Below are positions 60,114 to 64,000 of a stretch of 64,000 bases of DNA, one piece after another. Source of the stretch: an uncultured Acidobacteriota bacterium (GTDB lineage Bacteria > Acidobacteriota > UBA6911); assembly GCA_963843575.1 (NCBI GenBank), contig CAWJKZ010000024.1, positions 181,313 through 245,312 on the forward strand. Direction: 5' to 3'. Under the pieces are notes generated by a model. It had not been told where the DNA came from and made no database searches. It saw only the letters and a list, made by a program, of their open reading frames with translations. Made by a program: the position numbers and the translations under genes. The first letter of the stretch is position 1. Every line of letters starts with the position of its first letter.

Positions 60114-61705
60114 TGCCGGAGACAAAGACCAGCCCGGTCCTCGACCACGGCCTCGTCCTGCTGCTCTGTGCCGCGACGTGGGGCATCAACGCCGCGTGGC
60201 TCAGGATGGACACCCGCCCCCCGGTCTGGGACATGGCCATGCACCAGGCGTACGCCCTAAACTACCTGCCGGATGGACAGCCGCCGGGGTTTGCCCACGA
60301 GCGCTCGGGCACCTATCCGCCGTTCGTCCACCTCGTCATCGCGGCGTTCTACGCAGCCCTGCACCCGGGGCGCAACGTCGCGGCCCTGGCGAACCTCCCG
60401 GCCACGCTGTTGCTGCTGTGGGCGATCTATCTCCTTGCCCGGGACCTGTCCGGGGCATCCGCGGCACGCTGGGCGTGTTTCTTCACGGCGGCGACGCCCT
60501 TCCTGCTCTGGATGTCCAGGGAGACGGTCCTCGACTACTGGCTTTCCGCGTGGTTCGCGGTGGCGCTCCTCCTGCTGCACCGTTGTGGTTCGTTCGAATC
60601 AAGGCCCGCCGCCCTCTTGCTCGGCCTCGTCATCGGTCTCGGGATGCTGACGAAGTGGTTTTTTGCCGGGCTCCTGGTCTTTCCCCTGGGCTTCGTGCTG
60701 GTGCGGCAAAGGATTTGGCGCGACTCTGAACGCATGGTCCGGCTGTTCGACGCGCTTCTGGTGGCGGGGTTCGCGGCGGGCGTGTGGTATCTGCCGAACA
60801 TCCCCCGGCTGATGGCCTACTTTGGCGCGAACATGTCGATCGGGGCGCGCGAGGGGGAACCGCCGGTGCTGTCGTGGCAGTCCGCCATCTACTACCTGCG
60901 GCTGCTCGAGGGCTACCAGTTGTTCGCGCTGCTGTTTGTCGTCGCCGCGGCCGGGACGGCGGTGGCGCTGAGGAGACGGCTGCTGTCCGACCCGGCCTTC
61001 TGGGCCGTGTCGGTCGCAGGCGGGTGGCTCGTCTTCACGCTGCTCAGGACCAAGGACCCCCGTTTCACCATGCCGCTGCTCGGGCCGCTGATGATCGCCT
61101 CCGGAGCGTGGCTGTCCTCCTGGCGCCACGATTTCACGCGCGGCGCGGCCAAGGTGGCGGTCGTCGCACTTCTGTGCGTCCAGGCCTACGCCGTCAATTT
61201 CGGCATCCCGTGGCTCCCGCGCGCCGTGGTGCTGGCCCGGGGATATCAGGGCTCGCTGCGCTGGGACTGGAACCTCTACCTGCAGGACTATTTCGGCATT
61301 CTCGGGCCGCCGCGGCGCGAAGACTGGCGCCAGCACGAGATCCTGGGCCGGATCGCGCGGCATGCGGCTGAAAACCGCGAGCGCCCGTCCCTTGCCGTGG
61401 TCCCGGACCTGCCGCATTTCAGCGCCGCGAATTTCCTGCTTCAGTCCCGGCTGGACGGTTCGCCCATGAGGGTCGACCACCCGCAGTCCGCGGCCGCTGG
61501 AGTCAGGGCCTTCGACGGTTTCAGCTATGTGCTGATGACCGAAGGGGACCAGGGGATGTCGTGGACGACCGGCGCCGCTCGCGCCCTGAACCAGATTATC
61601 GTGGACGAGCACGACGTTTTCCGGATACTGGAGCTCTACCCGCTGCCAAACGGGGATTACGTCCGGCTCTATCACATCGACCGGGAGGGAAGAACCGGTG
61701 GGTGA
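60113..61705 (+). CDS. GT39/GT83-family (PMT/ArnT-like) integral-membrane glycosyltransferase
   Basis: Intact 530 aa. About 11 TM helices in the N-terminal 320 aa, then a soluble C-terminal domain. TGATG overlap with the upstream gene. Confidence 0.6.
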   Translation: MPETKTSPVLDHGLVLLLCAATWGINAAWLRMDTRPPVWDMAMHQAYALNYLPDGQPPGFAHERSGTYPPFVHLVIAAFYAALHPGRNVAALANLPATLLLLWAIYLLARDLSGASAARWACFFTAATPFLLWMSRETVLDYWLSAWFAVALLLLHRCGSFESRPAALLLGLVIGLGMLTKWFFAGLLVFPLGFVLVRQRIWRDSERMVRLFDALLVAGFAAGVWYLPNIPRLMAYFGANMSIGAREGEPPVLSWQSAIYYLRLLEGYQLFALLFVVAAAGTAVALRRRLLSDPAFWAVSVAGGWLVFTLLRTKDPRFTMPLLGPLMIASGAWLSSWRHDFTRGAAKVAVVALLCVQAYAVNFGIPWLPRAVVLARGYQGSLRWDWNLYLQDYFGILGPPRREDWRQHEILGRIARHAAENRERPSLAVVPDLPHFSAANFLLQSRLDGSPMRVDHPQSAAAGVRAFDGFSYVLMTEGDQGMSWTTGAARALNQIIVDEHDVFRILELYPLPNGDYVRLYHIDREGRTGG

Positions 61706-63839
61706 TTCTGCCATGCGGCCCTTTGTCTGCGATCCCCGCCTCTCGGCCTTTCGCGTCCAGCGCGACCTGGCGCTGCTCGTGCTCGTGGTCGCGGCTTTCT
61801 CGTTGCCGTTCCTGGGGCAGCCGTTCCACATGGACGACAACTTCTACCTGGACATGGCGCGCAACGCCCTCGACAAACCGCTGTTCCCCAACGACACCCC
61901 CTACGTGTTCGAGGGCCGTCTCCTCCCCGACATGGGCTCGCACTCACACCCGCCGCTGCACACGTACTTCCTGGCGCTGGTGCTCCGGTTGACGGGCGGC
62001 GGGGCGGGGACCGAATGGGTGTTTCACGTCTGCGCCCTGATATATCCGCTGATGGCGGTGGTCGGTTTTTACTTCATTTCGATGCGGTTCCTGGAAACGC
62101 CGGTCTGGCCCGCCCTGATGCTGGCGTGCACGCCGCTCTTCATGGTGATGCAGCACACCCTGATGACGGACGTCCCGACCCTCGCCTGGTGGCTCGTCGC
62201 GATCGCCCTGTTCCTGCGCGGCACCGACCGGGGCAGCCGGCGCCTGCTCGCCGCCAGCTCGGCCTTCCAGTTCGCGGCGATGTTCACGAGTTACCAGTCG
62301 GTGGCGCTTACGCCCCTGCTCGCGTACTACCACGCGCGCAAGGGCGGCCGGCGCGCGGGCTGGTTCGCGCTGGCGGCCCCGCCGCTTCTGCTGGCCGCGT
62401 GGTTCGGGATGAACTACGCGCACTACGGCCGCTTCCTCCTGGCCGACACCGCCGGGTACATCGCCTCGCGCGACCCTCGTTCCGCCGCCGCGCTCTGGAC
62501 GAAGCTTCTCGCCCTCCTCCAGTACCAGGGCTGGCTGGCGGTGTTCCCCGTTTTCCTGCTGTACGTCTTCGCCCGGGGCCTGCGCGGGCGCGTGCCGGCG
62601 GCGGCGGTACTGGCGGTGATCTGCGTGACGCAGGCGGCCGTCCCGCAGTATCGCATCCCGGACAAGGCCATTTTCGCGGTCGGCCTGCTGGCCGGGGCGG
62701 CGGTTCTCGTGCACCTGGCCCGTTTCTGCGCTATGGCGTTCAGAAGGCCGGCGGAGTCCGGTTTCGGGCCGGTCGAGGGGCAGTTCATCGCGCTCTGGTA
62801 TTTCGGGGCGGCCACCTTCTGCCTGCTGATCTTCACCGAGGGCTCCGCGCGCTACATCCTCCCGCTCGTGCCGCCGCTGCTGATCTATTTCTTCCGCCGG
62901 CTCGAGATCGCGGAGGCCTCGGAGTACCGCAGCGTACCCCGGCCGCTGCTCGGCGCCGCCATGGTCGCCAGCGGCAGCGTCGTGATGTCTCTCGGCTGGG
63001 GGCTGCTTCTCTCGCACGCCGACCAGGAGTTCGCGCGCGTGTATCCTCGGGCCGCCGGCGAATTCGCCCGCATCACCGGCGGGATGGACTCCTATTACGC
63101 GGGCGAATGGGGTTTTCGCTATTATTTCGGCCGCGAGGGTGCGAGGCAGCTCCCCGTCGACGAATCGGCGGCCCGCGGCGGCAGCTGGCTGGCCCGCCCC
63201 AGGCTCGCGCTCCCCTACGACGTCCCCGCCGCGCTCTGGACGATGGCCATGCCCGTTCAGGCGCTCTCCTACGACGTAGGCACCCCCATCCGGCTGCTCG
63301 ACTCGCAGGCGCCGGCGGGTTTCTACTCGACCTCGTGGGGGCTGGTCCCCTTCTCGCTCTCCCGCGCCAGCCTTGACATCATCGACGTGCGGCAGGTCAA
63401 CTATCTTGTCGAGCGGCTCCCGTGGGCCCGGATCGATGCTCCTCCCGGAGACGCTCCCTGGCCGGGATTCGCCGAGATCCAGGGCTCCGCGCCACTCGCC
63501 CTCCTGGTGAAGCCGGGCACCCGGGTGCGCTACCCGTGGGAAGGCACCCGCGCGATGGAGTTGCACCTGAAGCTCGGCATCCCCGCCGACTCCTGGGCGG
63601 AAGGCGAAGGGAGGCCCCTGGACGTCCGGATTGTCCAGCGCGACTCGTCGGGCGATACCCTGGCCCGCTTCGAGAAGACCCTCAACCCGGGCATCCGCAA
63701 GGAAGACAGGGGCTGGGTTCCGGTCAGCCTCGGACTCGCGGGAGGCTCGGGTCCGGACGGTGTGCTGGAATTCGAAGTGCGCGGCGCTGCCGGAGGAAGG
63801 GCCGCATTCGCGCAGGCTCTGCTGAGGGCGGCCCAATGA
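61698..63839 (+). CDS. GT39/GT83-family (PMT/ArnT-like) integral-membrane glycosyltransferase, second paralog (713 aa)
   Basis: HMDDNFYLDMARN motif in the first periplasmic loop, multiple TM helices, and a large C-terminal soluble domain. Intact. Confidence 0.6.
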   Translation: MGDSAMRPFVCDPRLSAFRVQRDLALLVLVVAAFSLPFLGQPFHMDDNFYLDMARNALDKPLFPNDTPYVFEGRLLPDMGSHSHPPLHTYFLALVLRLTGGGAGTEWVFHVCALIYPLMAVVGFYFISMRFLETPVWPALMLACTPLFMVMQHTLMTDVPTLAWWLVAIALFLRGTDRGSRRLLAASSAFQFAAMFTSYQSVALTPLLAYYHARKGGRRAGWFALAAPPLLLAAWFGMNYAHYGRFLLADTAGYIASRDPRSAAALWTKLLALLQYQGWLAVFPVFLLYVFARGLRGRVPAAAVLAVICVTQAAVPQYRIPDKAIFAVGLLAGAAVLVHLARFCAMAFRRPAESGFGPVEGQFIALWYFGAATFCLLIFTEGSARYILPLVPPLLIYFFRRLEIAEASEYRSVPRPLLGAAMVASGSVVMSLGWGLLLSHADQEFARVYPRAAGEFARITGGMDSYYAGEWGFRYYFGREGARQLPVDESAARGGSWLARPRLALPYDVPAALWTMAMPVQALSYDVGTPIRLLDSQAPAGFYSTSWGLVPFSLSRASLDIIDVRQVNYLVERLPWARIDAPPGDAPWPGFAEIQGSAPLALLVKPGTRVRYPWEGTRAMELHLKLGIPADSWAEGEGRPLDVRIVQRDSSGDTLARFEKTLNPGIRKEDRGWVPVSLGLAGGSGPDGVLEFEVRGAAGGRAAFAQALLRAAQ

Positions 63840-64000
63840 ACGCCGCGATCACGAAGGTGGCCGTGCTGGTGACGACCGCGGCCCTCGCCGCCTGCGGCTC
63901 CCGCCCCGAGGCCGCGCCCGGCAAGCCACCGGACCTCGATCTGCTGCCGCGGCTGGCTCTCGCGCTCGAACAGGCGGGCAGGCAGTCGGGCCGGCCCGGC
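63836..64000 (+). CDS. Lipoprotein, N-terminal fragment (continues beyond the window)
   Basis: ATGA overlap with the upstream gene. Lipobox-like AALAACGS. Confidence 0.4.
   Translation, partial: MNAAITKVAVLVTTAALAACGSRPEAAPGKPPDLDLLPRLALALEQAGRQSGRPG

Overview
High-GC (about 68%) bacterial chromosomal window, probably a Gram-negative such as an Acidobacteriota-like organism, but this taxonomic guess is weak. Many genes are broken by single-base frameshifts, including guaB, gspE/F/J/K/D, cusA/B and the large multicopper oxidase (MCO). Because essential genes are hit, I read these as assembly or sequencing indel errors rather than pseudogenes. Order of content: secA 3' end, guaB, an ECF sigma/anti-sigma pair, then a complete type II secretion (T2SS) cluster gspE-F-G-H-I-J-K-L(PilM/PilN-like fusion)-M-C-like-D. 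Next come an FHA-domain protein with a PH-like membrane partner, a roughly 1100-aa secreted repeat protein, and an amidohydrolase. The most notable part is a frameshift-free, same-strand cluster of about 14 kb (22378-36132). It encodes three Snf7/CHMP-like ESCRT-III proteins and two Vps4-like MIT-AAA ATPases, followed by zinc-ribbon-tagged proteins: an FGE-sulfatase domain protein, a membrane SPFH-like protein, a flotillin-like protein, a transglutaminase-like protease and a Hanks Ser/Thr kinase. Downstream on the minus strand is a copper locus (cusA, cusB with CPMHP and YHS metal sites, and an MCO of about 1500 aa with FN3 tail). Then come an FG-GAP protein, a TPR lipoprotein, a second ECF sigma/anti-sigma pair, a DUF1573 protein, a probable abundant surface protein with a long leader and strong terminator, and a glycan locus of about 10 kb (three GT2, two SDR epimerases, two methyltransferases, two GT39/ArnT-like membrane glycosyltransferases). 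Two non-coding repeat families are visible. One is a MITE-like element with 27-bp inverted arms AAGTGGGTCCGGGCTTCAGCCCGGACG (5 sites). Two copies bracket a GT2-methyltransferase pair and one solo arm sits in-frame inside an epimerase. The other is a REP-like hairpin GGAGTGCGGCG...CGCCGCACTCC at the 3' ends of at least five genes. No tRNA, rRNA or CRISPR was seen.
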